Part shown: positions 17,369 to 45,549 of the stretch, in pieces
Position numbering within the stretch: the stretch's first letter is position 1
Layout: each line of letters starts with the position of its first letter
DNA from: the human T2T-CHM13v2.0 reference genome, Homo sapiens
Strand: one strand, 5' to 3'
Assembly: GCF_009914755.1 (NCBI RefSeq)
Contig: NC_060935.1
DNA length: 64,000 nt
The notes under the pieces: model-generated
Told to the model about the DNA's origin: nothing
What the model saw: only the letters and a program-made list of their open reading frames with translations
The model's database searches: none
Made by a program: the position numbers and the translations under genes

Positions 17369-19039
17369 TAGCAGGGTGTCCAGGAGCCCTTCTGTCCAGG
17401 ACAGTCCAGGCCCTGGCTGAGGCATCAGACCCTAGGGTCCAGGCTGGGGGATGCAGCGCTTGGCCTGAGTGTCTTGGGTCAAAATGCAGGCCACGCTTCC
17501 CCGTGGCTCAGGCTATTCCAGCCTCCCTACCCACACCCCAGGCCCCTACATATAGCCTGAGAACTTGCACAAAAAAGCCAAGTTTAGTAAATGAAATCCT
17601 GTTTTATACATGGCCTTATGAATGGCAGGGCTCCCATGGCGATGCTGGGTGTGCACACAAAGATCCTGTCCATTCAGCAGAACCTCCTCAGGGATCCCCT
17701 GGGCCCCAGCCAAGTGACAACCACATCTGTGAATGGGGAGAAGGAAGCGCCCTCCCTGCATGCTTGCACAGCGCAGAACCCAGGGCCAGGCGCCGATCAC
17801 TCCTGCGATGTGGACTTGGTCGGGCCCCCTGCTCTGAATGACAGCAGGAGTGGATTGAGCGGCAAGGGGACTGGCACTGGGCGGAACACGTCACATCCAG
17901 GTGGGTTGAAAACAGTCCCCAGAGTGCAGATAGCATTTCTAGTCCTGGTTGGAAGGCTCAGGGAGGAAAGCAGGAGCTTGGACCAGGTTTGCGGGCTCTG
18001 CTGCTCTCTGTCCCTACCCGAGGGACCCCTAATCACCCACCCCCCACAGAACTTCTTCAAAGAGCTCCGGGGTTGGTCCCCAGCTGTGTGTGGCCTTGGG
18101 TGAGAGGCTTTGTTTCTCCATCTTCCATCCCTGTAACTCTGTTTTGTCCCCAGCTCTGAATGGAGTGCCTGACCCTTCCCTGACCCCTACCCCCCAATGG
18201 AGGACTCTCAGCAGATGGGCAGGGGATGAGGGCTTGGCCTGAGCCTCATTCCCGCAGGCTTAGGTGGCTTCATCATTACAGCCATTCCGATCAAGCAGCA
18301 CAGCCAGCTGGCCAGGCCCCAAAGCTCTTGTCTAATGTGTCCGTGAAACAATGCCACCTGAGGGGCTGCGTATTCCCATGAACAAAATACATGCATGTCC
18401 ATCCCTTATCTGGTTTGGGACTTGCCTGACCTGATGCTACTACCCCATATTATAGGCAAGGAGACTCTGGAAGGGAAGGTCCTTTGCCTGTGGCCACAGA
18501 GCAAAGCAGCAGCAGAGACAGCTCAGAATCTGACTGATGGCTCAGAGGCCGGGGCTCAAGGCACTCAGCTGCCCCTCCTCTCTGAGAGCTGTGTCCTGGG
18601 GATGGGCAGGAATGATGCCTGTGGGGTTAGAAGCCTGAGAGAAGGAGGGGCCAGAGCCCACATGCCTTGCCACTTCTAGGCTCAGCAAATCACTGTCGGT
18701 GCCCTGAGCTTTAGTTCCCATCTGTAAAATGGGGATCGTGATTCAGGCTCTGGCCACGTCACTAGGCACCCCCAGGAGGATGTAAAGAATTCAGGAACAT
18801 GAAGCAATGGGTAAAGGGCACAGGGCGGCCTGGCAAAGTCCCATGGCAAGAATGGGGAGAGGCACACCCTTTACTCACCCCTACCACAGCTTGGCCCAGG
18901 GCCATCATTGCCACTTACTCAATGGTCCAGGCCTGTTTTCCTCCAAGCTGCCAGGCCATTCCTGGCAGAATCCACCTGACCAATACTCCCTGCAGAGTTG
19001 AGGGCACACTCAAGATTAAAACCTGAACCTCCTTGGATT

Positions 19040-20845
<1,806 letters not shown>

Positions 20846-21310
20846 ATCCCCTTCTTCCCATCCGGACCTCCCAGCTTGTCTGGCATCTTCCCCCACCCCC
20901 AGCATCCTGCCTCCCCCACTGAGGTCTTCCCGGCTCTGCCTCCCTAAAAGCCCTTCCCACACTGACAGCATTGAAGCCAACCATCCTGGTCACACTGAGC
21001 TGGCATAGCTGTCATCCTCTAGAAAGTGAGGTCTGTCCACCCCGTCACTACCCACCACTTCCTCTGCCCCACTCTTCTTAGCACTTACCCACCTGGAAGG
21101 GTATCATGATGTACCTGGGAACTTGGATTTCCCCCATTTCCCTTCTCTGGGCTGCAGGTCCCAATCCAGAGGCTGAATCCCCAGGGACAAGAACAGCGCT
21201 AGGCACTTGGTAGATACTCAACAAATCTCTCTTGAGTCACTGAGAGGTGCAGTTTCCTTCAGTCTGTCTCCAGCACCCTGTGCGGTGCCTGCCCTTCAAA
21301 ACATGTTTCT

Positions 21311-21585
21311 GGGCCGGGCGCGGTGGCTCACGCCTGTAATTGCAGCACTTCGGGAGGCCGAGGCGGGCAGATCACTTGAGGTCGGGAATTCGAGACCAGC
21401 CTGGCCAACATGGAGAAACTCCGTCTCTACTAAGAATACAAAAATTAGCCAGGTGTGCTGGCACATGCCTGTAATCCCAGCTACTCGGGAGGCTGAGGCA
21501 GGAGAATCTCTTGAACCCAGGAGACGGAGGTTGCGGTGAGCAGTCTGGGCAACAAGAGCGAAACTCTGTCTCAAAAAAAAAAAAA
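21311..21585 (+). mobile_element. Alu with internal deletion in the right arm
   Basis: Alu consensus; gcggtgag|cagtctgggc junction. Confidence 0.9.
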
Positions 21586-22189
21586 GTTTCTGGCCCTGTA
21601 GGAATGACTGACTGACTGACTGAAAGAATGAATGGACCAGGAACTAGTCTGAATATGAGCCCCACCTTCACTCTGGAAGCCTGACAGCAAAGACGGGGGT
21701 CCAGGCCACGCGGCCTCTGCCTTCCCATACTGTCTTTTCTAGTGGGAGGTAAACTGATCAACTAGCTTGTAAGTTTGTAGTATTCTAACGTAGGCGCTTC
21801 CAAGGAAGTCGCTGAATATACTTGTGCCGGCGCTTCCCCGACGCAGCCCTGCAGGGAAGGATCCGGTCCAAGGTCTCTCTGCGATTTCTGAAGAATTCGG
21901 TCTTCCCGGAGCCTCTCCCCCGGCTCTTCTAGAACCGAAGGTTTTAGTTCCCATGGGCACAGCCGGAGGCCGCCTGCGCCACCCGGCCCTCAGCCGCCAG
22001 AACCAGGACAGGACTCCAGGGCGCGCGCGACCGCTGGACCCGGGAGCGGCACCTCCCACGCCGGGAGCCCCGGGCGGTGCCCGGAGTGGGGCGGGGCCTG
22101 GGCGGGGATGGGGAGGGGCTTGGCTGGCGCGGCCCCGGCATTGGCTCCGCGGGCCGGGGCGGGGCTGCGGGGTCCGCGGTGCACTCTGT

Positions 22190-22276
22190 AAGTTCACCGC
22201 CGGTCGGGTCCGGCCGCCGCGCTGTCCAGCTCCTGAGACCTTGCTGTCCGCCGGTCTGCCGTCTGCGCGCCTCACG
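22190..22276 (+). other. CDC42EP2: CDC42EP2 non-coding exon 1 (5' end approximate)
   Basis: Lies just after the GC/CCAAT boxes; strong donor ACG|gtgagt at 22277; no ATG. Confidence 0.75.
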
Positions 22277-23063
22277 GTGAGTTCGGGCTGGGATTTTCGC
22301 AGCTTCGCGGGGGTCCCCCGAGAGGCCCATCTCTGTGGCGCCCCGCCCCAGCTCGCGCCCTGGCTCTGCCTCTCACCTCACTCAGTTCCTTTCGAGGGCT
22401 CCTAGGGCTCCATGGGGCTTCCCACCCGCATCTGGGTTCCCGCAGCCTCGCCCGTGCCCGCCACGGTCCGTGGGGGCGCAACGCATCCCGACCCCGAATT
22501 CCCCGTTCTGCCCTCCATTTTGTGTCCGGGCCCCCGCCCCCCTCCCGAGACCCAGGGGTGCCCCGCCGCCCAGCATCCCCACCGGGGCTGGGGGCCGTAT
22601 TTTTAGCCGATAGTGAGTTGTTCTCCTATCTTTAGCTGCGGCCGCGAATGTCCTGAAACGGATCCGGGCTGGGCTGGGCTCCGCCCGGGTAGGAGTGGGG
22701 AGGGGTCGGCGCAGGAACCCGAGCCGGAGCTAAGGAGCCGGACCCGTGGGAGGGGCGGGGGCCCGCACGCCCGAGCTCTGGCCCTGTGCCGAGCGGACAC
22801 TAGGACATCGCCCAGGCCGGAAAGCACAGGGGGGAGGCTCCTCCCAGAGCTTGGAGACTAGGGCAGGGTCCCCAATCGCCCCCTTTTTCCCCGATTGTGG
22901 GACCAGAAACCCCGAAGCAAAAAGATCTCGCAGGTAATCCCCATCTGGTACTTGAACGCGCAGCTCCTTGGGGACCGCCTGCCTGGAGCCCGGGGGAGGG
23001 GCGCTGGAGACCCCGGTGCGCTCTCGGAGTCCTCCGGGACACGAGGCGATCAAGGGAGCACGC

Positions 23064-23078
23064 GCGCCACCTGGCGGC
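23064..23078 (-). promoter_or_regulatory. CTCF motif
   Basis: Minus strand reads GCCGCCAGGTGGCGC, matching the core CC(A/G)(C/G)(C/T)AG(A/G)(G/T)GGC(A/G). Confidence 0.65.
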
Positions 23079-25404
23079 CGCGGAGCCGGGCACCTCTCCG
23101 GAGGCACCGGGACCCCGGGAGACCCAGCGGCCGCTAGAGGGTCTCTGCATCCTCGAGGTCTAGGAGGGCGGGAGGAGGTGGACGCCTGGGGTCAGGAGCC
23201 CTTCGTTTTTGCTATTGTTCAAAGCACTGGCCCCGGAGAATCGAAGTGCTTGAGGAAGGAAGGCCTTGTAGATATTTGCTGAATGAATGATAAAACCTAC
23301 AGTGACCCGCTGAACCCCGCTATTGTACATTGGCGCTCTCACCTGCAATATTGCAGTGGGATCTCCAGTGGCCCTTTAGTGGTGGCTTCGTTGTCAGCCC
23401 ATTTTATAGATGGGAAAGGTGAGACCCAGAGAGGAGAGGCGTCTTGCTGAAGGTTACTGAGGAAGTCCCAGGTGGAGCTGGATTTAAGGACAGTCTCCTG
23501 ATTTAGGAGAAGAGGGGGTGTGAGGTGGCCTAATATTCTTCATGATAGGAGGATCCCTGCCTGCCGGAAGTCATTTTCTCATTGGGAGGTCCAGGGCTCC
23601 TGTCCAGGGCAATCACAGAGAGCTAGGATGCTCCTATCTGCTCCCCGACTGCTGCAGGGAGCTCCCCTCCCAGCTCCCCACAGCCCTGTCCTGATGGAGA
23701 CCTCATTCTCATATCTCTGGACACATGAAAGTTGGGCAGACGGGGGCAGCCAAAGGTCAGGATGTAGATGGAGGAGATCTGGGGACCCACTGTTCCCAGC
23801 CTAGCTGTGAGCCCCTTTCTCTCCCGCTCCCCAAACATATTATGGAAGTAGGCGTGGCCCACTGCATGGGAACCACATGGACCAGGCTGGGTACCCACTC
23901 TTCCACTTCCTAACTGGATGACGTCGCCAATGTTACTTAACATCTCTGAGGTTCAGCTTCGACTTCTGTAAAGGGCCGTAATGACCCCACCATGCCGTGA
24001 CTGGGAGCTTTAAGATGAGAAACTGTGCGTGGCAAGCTGGATCCTAGGGTCTTGCAGTTGCCAAATCTAAATTCCTGGGGCGTGAGGGTTGTAATTCCCA
24101 GCTCTCCCCTGGGCCGCTGATGCTGGCCTCACCCTCGATTCTCCCCACATCTGGAATTGGGTGTGTACATCTGGCTGTGAGTGAGACAGCTGTCAGGGAC
24201 GCCCAATTTGTTGTGGAAACACTCAGGCTGTCTTGGCGCTGCCGTGTGATGGGGTTGGGGGTGCGGGGAGGACCTGGCCCAGGCTCTGGGTACATCCCAC
24301 CAGTCAGCCCCACGCTCCATGAGTGAAAAGGAAGACAAGCCCCCCCCAGGACTTCTCTCCTGACGAGCGACAAATTGCATGTTTGTCAGCATGGCCCCCA
24401 GGCCTGGCATGGTTGACACAGGATGAATGCGTGACGGGATTCCAAGACCTCAGGGTGCCCATGCGTCCCCACCCTTCCCCCAGCTCCTTGCAAGCTGAGC
24501 TGGATTTCCGCCACGGGAGAGTCATTCCTTTGTTTCCTGTTAAGCTCCAGGTGCTCTGGGAGGGGTAAGATGTCCGGCCTCTGTGGCTCAGTACGACTGA
24601 CCCGGGTGTCCGGTCCTGGGGTGGGGTTTCCTGAGCAAGGGCCTCAGCTGGTGGGGGGAGGGGGGCAGTTGGACTCTGCTTCTCCTGCATCCTCCTTCCT
24701 CCTTCCTGCTCCCGCCTCCCAACCCCCTCACCCCCACCCTCACCCTGCCCAGAATGAAAACTGAGGCAAAGAACTGGCAAGAGCCACCTTTGGTGAGCCC
24801 CTGGCTGGGCCTGGGGAGGGAGTGGTACAGGAGGGTGGGCTCATCTGGCTTGAATTCCCATGCTGCCCTTACTCACTGGGTGACCTTGGACAAGTTTCTC
24901 TCTTTGCCTTTTATGCTGAGTCTACATCTGGGCTCATGTGTACTGGACCAATCAGGTCCCATGTGCGTCCCCCACCCTCAAGCAGAGGGAGTGCTTGCTT
25001 CATTTCTTTTTTCTGTTAAATCAGTATGACACCCCTTCATAGCTATTTATTTTTACACATTAAAAATAGCTTAATTTTTTTCTGACTACATAAATATGTG
25101 CATATAAATAATACATTGCTTATTAGTAAGAATTTGAATTCATAGAGGTCTGAACAAGAAAGGAAACATCAACCTGAAATTCTACCACTTTGAGAAAACC
25201 ACTGTTCCATCTTTTCATATTTATATATATTACACACATTTATCATGTCATAGTCATGGGACCAAAATATTATAGGTTATTTTTATTGATGACTCCTTTC
25301 CTCCCATATCAGTGACCCCACCCCCCATCCCTGCTGTGTACCCTAGTCAAGGTAGCCCATATGACAACCTAGGGCTGGCCTTCTAGATTTTTCTCTGTGT
25401 TTTA

Positions 25405-26750
<1,346 letters not shown>

Positions 26751-27507
26751 CCAACACCTCTGATTTTTAAATAGGGTTGATAATAGGGTGGTTGTGTTGA
26801 TTAATTGAGATGTGTCTGCAAAGAGCGCAGAAGAATTTCAGGTACAGAGCAGAGGCCCCCTCAACTAAAAAATATATGTACTCCCCACTCCACCTTCTCT
26901 TTAGATGCCAGGGTAGGGAGGAAGGCCAGAAAGTATCCTAGACTCAGCCCCTACCCATAAGGAACTCTTAATAGGCAGAGGAGAAAACACGACCCCACCT
27001 CCAGGTGGGACATGATTGGGTCAAATGGGAAGTGCCAGCCACCCAGCACCCTTGGCCAAACATCTGCTGTGCTCCAGGTCCCCGCCAGGCTTGGGCGGGA
27101 GAGACAGTGGTCACAAAGCTCTCTGTCCTTGGTCAAGTAGGGAGTCAAGGCCATTTGTGAGGCCCCCCACAATCTGGCACTTACATTGTGGGGCACAGGT
27201 GATGTGCAATGGAGGTGGGGGGTATGGTATGAGTACCTGGATAAGGGTGATGAGACCTACTTTGCCGGGGACCCAGGGCAAGAGAATAGAGCAGGACTTT
27301 CTGTGTGACTTTGGACCTGTCATTCAGGTTCCCACCTCAGTTTCCCACCTGTAAGGGGAGGAGCTTGGCCCTGGTGGTGAGTCTATAAGATGCAGTAGGT
27401 CTTAGAGTGAAGACATGCTTCTCCCAGTACAATTCCCTGCAAGGGGAGTGCCCCACCCCCTCAGGATCCCATGGCTACCACAAGAGGCCCAGAAACAAGA
27501 TGTTTCT

Positions 27508-28221
<714 letters not shown>

Positions 28222-28854
28222 ATGTCCACCAAGGTGCCCATCTATCTGAAGCGTGGCAGTCGCAAGGGCAAGAAGGAGAAGCTTCGGGACCTGCTGTCCT
28301 CGGACATGATCAGCCCACCGCTGGGGGACTTCCGCCACACCATTCATATTGGCAGTGGCGGCGGCAGTGACATGTTTGGCGACATCTCCTTCCTGCAGGG
28401 CAAGTTCCACCTCCTGCCGGGGACCATGGTGGAGGGGCCTGAAGAAGATGGCACCTTCGACCTCCCCTTCCAGTTCACCCGCACCGCCACCGTGTGTGGG
28501 CGGGAGCTCCCGGACGGCCCATCCCCTCTGCTCAAGAACGCCATCTCCCTCCCGGTTATCGGTGGACCCCAGGCTCTCACCCTGCCCACAGCCCAGGCTC
28601 CACCCAAGCCCCCTCGCCTGCACCTGGAGACCCCTCAGCCTTCCCCACAGGAGGGAGGGAGTGTGGACATCTGGAGGATTCCAGAGACTGGCTCCCCCAA
28701 CAGTGGACTGACCCCGGAGTCAGGGGCCGAGGAGCCCTTCCTGTCCAATGCCAGCTCCCTGCTGTCCCTGCACGTGGACCTGGGGCCTTCCATCCTGGAT
28801 GATGTCCTGCAGATCATGGATCAGGACCTGGACAGCATGCAGATCCCCACATAG
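28222..28854 (+). CDS. CDC42EP2: Cdc42 effector protein 2 (Borg1/CEP2), 210 aa, single coding exon
   Basis: accATG start; basic stretch KRGSRKGKKEK; CRIB ISPPLGDFRHTIHIG; Borg motifs PLLKNAISLP and septin-binding DLGPSILDDVLQIMD; TAG at 28852-28854. Confidence 0.98.
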   Translation: MSTKVPIYLKRGSRKGKKEKLRDLLSSDMISPPLGDFRHTIHIGSGGGSDMFGDISFLQGKFHLLPGTMVEGPEEDGTFDLPFQFTRTATVCGRELPDGPSPLLKNAISLPVIGGPQALTLPTAQAPPKPPRLHLETPQPSPQEGGSVDIWRIPETGSPNSGLTPESGAEEPFLSNASSLLSLHVDLGPSILDDVLQIMDQDLDSMQIPT

Positions 28855-29392
28855 GACACGAGGCTGCCTAGGCTGGGGTCCCAGGTGGGGCCCAGCCAGG
28901 AGGTGGGGTGTGGACCCGGCCCTGGCGGCGGAGTCAGGGTCCCAAGATCCCACCTGTATGGTCGCTGGCCAGTGATTCTCCTTCTGAGCCGTGTTTCCCC
29001 TCTCCCTCCCTCTCCACGTGGGCAGGGCAGGCCCCATCGCTTTCCTCTGATAACCACATGGACACATCCTGAAGTCAGCCCAGGCGCCCTGAGCATCTTG
29101 GGGCACCTGGACCCCATCACAATACTCCTTCTTCCTTCAGGTCCCTGGGTGAAGGCTTTGCTGAAACCGACCCCCCTTTTCACGTCCCTTCTGCCTCTGC
29201 CCCGTTGGATGCCCTGACTGGGGGCAGGGGAAGAGACAGGGCACAGCTGGCCACAGGGCTCAGCCACTGAGCAGGCTGTTCCGGGCCTTTGGCTTTGCAT
29301 CCTGGACGGGGAGTGTCCTGTCAGGGACCAGATGTGTCCTGCCTCATCCCTAGCTCCAATCCCTTCCCCACGTGACCGGGGATTCTGGTTGC

Positions 29393-29398
29393 AATAAA
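29393..29398 (+). terminator. CDC42EP2: CDC42EP2 proximal poly(A) signal AATAAA
   Basis: Canonical hexamer about 540 nt after the stop. Confidence 0.6.
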
Positions 29399-29720
29399 AC
29401 ATGCTGCTGCTGGTGGCGGAGCTCCCTGTCCCTTTGCCCCAGGTTTCCTCCCGGAGGCAGACAGTCTCCCAGAGCTGAGGGCTTGCCTCTGGAGACCCCA
29501 GCCCCAGAGGGCTTTGTGGAGGACAGGCCTTGCCCTCAAGAACGTCGTACCTGACGCTGAGCCTGTCATGAGAATGCAACAGGAGCAAACCAAGTGTTGC
29601 TGTGACATTGATTCAGATGTTTGGCAAGAGGTGGCTGAGCACTCGGGTGGGCTTGGCACTGTGCCAAGCCTGGGGCCAATCCCTGCCCAGTCAGCTGGGG
29701 TCTGGTGGGGGACACCCAAG

Positions 29721-29726
29721 AATAAA
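29721..29726 (+). terminator. CDC42EP2: CDC42EP2 distal poly(A) signal AATAAA
   Basis: Canonical hexamer; repeat-derived sequence begins shortly after. Confidence 0.6.
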
Positions 29727-30252
29727 AGAATAACCACAAAGTGTGCAAGGGACCAACAGCTTCTCCAGCTTAAGAGCACCGAGGGAGCATGCAGGAGGGA
29801 TGCTTGGAGCTGGGAGGGTCTAACAGTGCTGCTTCAAGATTCATTCCATCCACGGCTGTTTACTGAGCATCTCCAGTATACAAGGCACGGCTCCGGGTGC
29901 TGGGGATACAAGGCAGACGCCATCCCTGCTCTCTAAGAGTTTAAATTCTAGTTGGAAGGGGGATATTAAATTGGTAAACAAATAAGAGATGATTTCCAGC
30001 AGTGGTAAAGGCTACGAAGAAAACAACGTGATCAGGAATGCCTAGCAGGGAGGTCAGGGAGTGTCAGGGCTCATTAATGTGATCAGATGTGATTCTGAGC
30101 CAAATCGGAGCTACCAGCCAGATAACTCATATGTAAGCACAGGCACTGAGGAACCAGAGTGAAGACAGAGCAGACACCACACAGCAAAAGAGCGTGGACC
30201 TCCGAGTTGCACCTGGCCTGAGACTCAGTTTCCCCATCTCTAAAATGGAGCA

Positions 30253-31214
<962 letters not shown>

Positions 31215-31507
31215 TGAAGCTGGAACACAGGCTGGCGGCAGCAGGGAAGAGTTTCGCTGGCCAGGCTGACGCTGAGGCGATGGGGTGCTGCTGAAGGACG
31301 TGAAAGCAGAAGAGATAGGTGGTCAGATCTAGACCTGAGGAACGACATCACCCACGCCAGGTCGGGGATGGAGGTAGCCATGGCAGGCATGAGCAGGAGG
31401 ACTGGACCCAGGTGAGGATGGTGGAGACAGAGAGGAGGGGAGTGGCCTAAGGTGGGGCCCGGTGGCCCCTTCTTCCACCCTCAGCCAGTTCTTTTCTACC
31501 TGTGTGA

Positions 31508-33620
<2,113 letters not shown>

Positions 33621-34076
33621 TGATATACTATCAGGAATGGGATTTAAACCCAGGTCTGTGGGACCCCAACAGCCTGTATTTGACTGCATCTCTCTGTCCC
33701 TACAGGGGTTCAGCTTCAGGCCCTGGTAACGTTTGTGAAGACAGAGGGTCGGGGAACTGAAGGGCCAGCACCTTCTTACCTGTGGGGCCCCTCAGCACTT
33801 CAGTGGTTTATCTCCTGCTCTCTGGGGAGGGGAAGACAAGAAAAAAGGACACCATCCTTAGAGCTTCACCCAGTGGAAGACAGCAACTCACCCTGGACCT
33901 GAGCTGAGGCCGGAGTAGCCATGGAAGGAGGAGATTCTTGTCCTGGGTCCCCAAAGTGCTCTCAACTCACCCTGCATCAGGCACCAGCCACAGGGCCCTG
34001 GGAAACCACTCGGGGCTGGTCTGCCCTGTTGGGGTGGAGAAAGGGAACTAGGCAACAGAACTGAAGCATTGGATTA

Positions 34077-36749
<2,673 letters not shown>

Positions 36750-37410
36750 TGGGTCCACCTTAATCCAAGTTCAAGGCTGAGCTTTCCTCTCCCCCTTTCC
36801 TGGACCAAACAGATAATAGGATTCTGAACTATAAGTCCATGGAAATTGATTTGTATCTTACAGCACATACGTGTCAGTAGTGGGGTATCTGACTTCCTAC
36901 TTTGAGCAAGCTCTGGGTTTTTATTTTCGTCCCTCCCCACAAAGACTGCCAAACAACAGTTTAACTTCATGGTTATATCTTCCAGATCAGTAAATGCCTC
37001 CAGGACAAAAACTGCTTCAAAAGCTGAACTTACCTCTCTGGGTTTTAGCTTCCTCAATGTTGGCACAATAATTCTTCACTGTACTATTAGCTTTTCAATG
37101 CTTTTAAGATTTTTTTTTCACTTCCTCTTCTTTTTTTAATTTGTCTTCAGAGGGAAGGTTGGAATCAAGTATCTAATCAGGAGCCTATCTCCCCTTACCT
37201 ACCCGAATAAAATATTAAGAGCCATCCCAGGGGAGTTCCTCGGATTTTTCTCCCTGCCCCCACTGGGTAATAGCAATCTTAAGCTTTACAATTGGAATTG
37301 ATCGCCCCAGCCAACAGTGGGACCCGCTTTTTATTTTCTTGCCCAGTGGCATGTGGAGCGAAATATGGCCTACTGACGGACGATCTGATCGTGATTTAGA
37401 GAAACTTACT

Positions 37411-37425
37411 GCGCCCCCTGGTGGA
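37411..37425 (-). promoter_or_regulatory. CTCF motif, consensus match
   Basis: Minus strand reads TCCACCAGGGGGCGC, inside a short Alu-free patch that retains CpGs. Confidence 0.8.
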
Positions 37426-37501
37426 AGCATTATTCCCTTGGGTCTTAAAAGCTCTAAATCAGCCAGAGCGCAGAGTTGAGATTCCAAGAATGTGCATGTA
37501 A

Positions 37502-40920
<3,419 letters not shown>

Positions 40921-41730
40921 CCGGCTCCTGCTCCTCTAAATATTAGAGGCAAGCCTCGAACCGGAGCTCCGGGATGCATGCCAATCTCCGGTTGCGCCTG
41001 CGCGTCGGGCTCCCGTGGGGTCCACGCATTTCCTACCCGGCCCCCGCGAACAGGCGTAAAGCTCTTTCTTCAGTGCTCGCTCTAGTGCGCGCGCCCGGAC
41101 GGCGCCTGCGCAGAGGGCAAGGAACCTGGTACCCCGGTGCGGTCCCGGCGCCTGCGCGCTGCGGACTGTGGGGCTTCTCGGCCCGAGGCAGAGGAACAGG
41201 GAAGATGGCGGCTGTGGTGGAGAATGTAGTGAAGCTGTGAGTGGTCGTTTCTTTCTCTCCTAGGGCGGCAGGTTTTGTAAAGGGCCTGGGAGTAGGGGGC
41301 GGTGGGGGAAGGGACTAGGCGGAGAGAGGGACATCCCCGGGAAAGCCATGTTGCGACTCCTGGTGGGGAGGGCAACAGGAGACTCCGGAGAAGACGTTGC
41401 GCTTCTTTGGAAACTTGTGGAGGCCCTGGTGGGGGCACACTGGAGCCCCGACGGGCGGCATCCCTGCGGGGCTGTGTGGCCTCAGCGTTCCTCGGGGCTG
41501 ACGGTTTCCAGAGCATGGCGCCCTGCCTGCACGCGAGACTCACCGTCCCGGTCCTCTCCCGAGACGCCTCAGTCCGGAGGAGCGGGGCCGAGGCCCGGGC
41601 GGCCCTACGGCTGGCCCGCCGCCCACCCCGCCCCGTCCCGTCCCGTTCGCTGCAGCAACAGGCTCGGCGGCCCCTGCGGAGTGCACTGCGGGGCTGGCTG
41701 TTTCAGTTCCAGGCAGCCCCGTGATGTTTG
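40921..41730. promoter_or_regulatory. DPF2: CpG island / DPF2 promoter
   Basis: CCAAT 40981-40985; three NRF1-like GCGCCTGCGC (about 40994, 41102, 41148); YY1 motif AAGATGGCGGC over the ATG. Confidence 0.9.
41205..41236 (+). CDS. DPF2: DPF2 (requiem/ubi-d4/BAF45d) exon 1, MAAVVENVVK
   Basis: aagATGG Kozak; CT|gtgagt donor; 32 nt. Confidence 0.96.
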
Positions 41731-43129
41731 GGAGGATCTTGGGTGGCAGGTACCTAAGACTACAAATATTCTTGGGAAGAATTTATCGAGGAGCGGATCC
41801 AGAAGGGAAGGAACTTCAGGGGAGTGGGCCTTGGCCCCGTCCAGTAGCAGCCATCAAAAACCTGCAACTGGACCGAAGCCGTTCAGGACAGCTTAGCCTA
41901 AAGGGGCATCTAGGTGGGCATTCTTCCTATTATACGATACCATTGTGCTGGTCAGATTTCAAGCAAAGTTAAAGTTAATAGCTGTTGGGGCCATGGACGC
42001 TGGCCTATGAACTGCTTCCTGTGAGTTAAAGATGCTTTGGGACTTGATTTATTCCTACAGAAGAATCAGAATGAGTTTTAGATTGGGTTAATGCATGGTG
42101 GGCGAATAGAGCTTCTTTTAATGGGTATGTTGGGCTTGGTGCAAGGGTGGGAAAATTGAGTGGTGTCTAGCTGTCCAGTCAGGGTTTTTGCATTTTGACT
42201 GGATGACGAGGTAAAGGTTCGGTAACTCTTCTAAGGGACTCACAGCTTCTCATCTGTCTTTGTCGTGGCCTGAGCCCCACTCTTCCTAAGAGCCTTTTTA
42301 AAGAGTAAGTTGCTTCTCCCTCCTGCCTGAAGCCTTTTCTTTGAGAATGCTTTCCCACTTCCATTAAGCTAAGTGCCTTTCCTCCTCTTGTGGTTTGTTT
42401 TTTTTTTTTTTTAAGTTGCTTTCTGCTCTATCCTGCTGTCTCTTTCAGCCACCCCTCCTCCCAACACTATTGTCTTTCTCTCTGATCTGCCCACTCCAGT
42501 TTCCCCAGCTCTTTCTTCAGGCTGACATTTTTCTCAATTTAGAAATGACACTGTTGATCTACCATTTATCCAGTTATCCTTCCTGACTCAGATGTTCTTT
42601 CTTTGTTTCCCTGCGTCTTTGTTGACTTCCCTCATCCCATTGTAAGGGGATGTTTTACACAGGTTTCTCCAAAAATAAAAAGGAAGATTCTCATTGTACT
42701 GGGGGAGTATCAGACTTGCCTAGGTTTTGGGAGTTAAACGTAGTGAGGTTCTTCGTGTTGGAAGATTTTCCTCAGAGAAATAGGGTTGCCAGTGCTTTCA
42801 AGTTGTGTCATAAGTGAGGGGTTGCCCATTTAAACAGAGCGTGACATCTTGTTTCTCTTTGAAAAACTGTAGAGATTGTGAGCATCACCAGCCACTAATT
42901 CCTGAATGCCAGTAATGAGAAACCAACTCTCTCCTCCTCATTTCTAGCTGCACAGGGCCTCAGATCACAATTAATACGTACTCCCACAGAATTATCCCTT
43001 TAAGAAGGGGCTTCTATTCTTCCAGTTCATTTGGAGATATGGCACTTCTCTTGATTATAGTGTGCCTAGTCTTCTGACAGCTGATGTTATACATTGAGTA
43101 CATTGAGGTCAGGACCACTAGCTCATCTT

Positions 43130-45549
<2,420 letters not shown>

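Larger units (their letters stand above)
21820..23200. promoter_or_regulatory. CDC42EP2: CpG island / CDC42EP2 promoter
   Basis: Dense CpG; GC boxes near 22088 and 22156; inverted CCAAT (ATTGG 22140-22144); no TATA box. Confidence 0.9.

Noticed and set aside
21739-23282. Multiple overlapping 100-190 aa ORFs in the CDC42EP2 island (likewise 41082-41896 and 61566-62549)
   Set aside because: Stop codons are depleted in CpG islands; products are low-complexity R/P/G/A
23343-23382. 14-bp palindrome CTGCAATATTGCAG and a nearby CTCF-like GCCCTTTAGTGG
   Set aside because: Palindromes of this size are expected by chance in 64 kb, and the motif lacks the near-invariant core G
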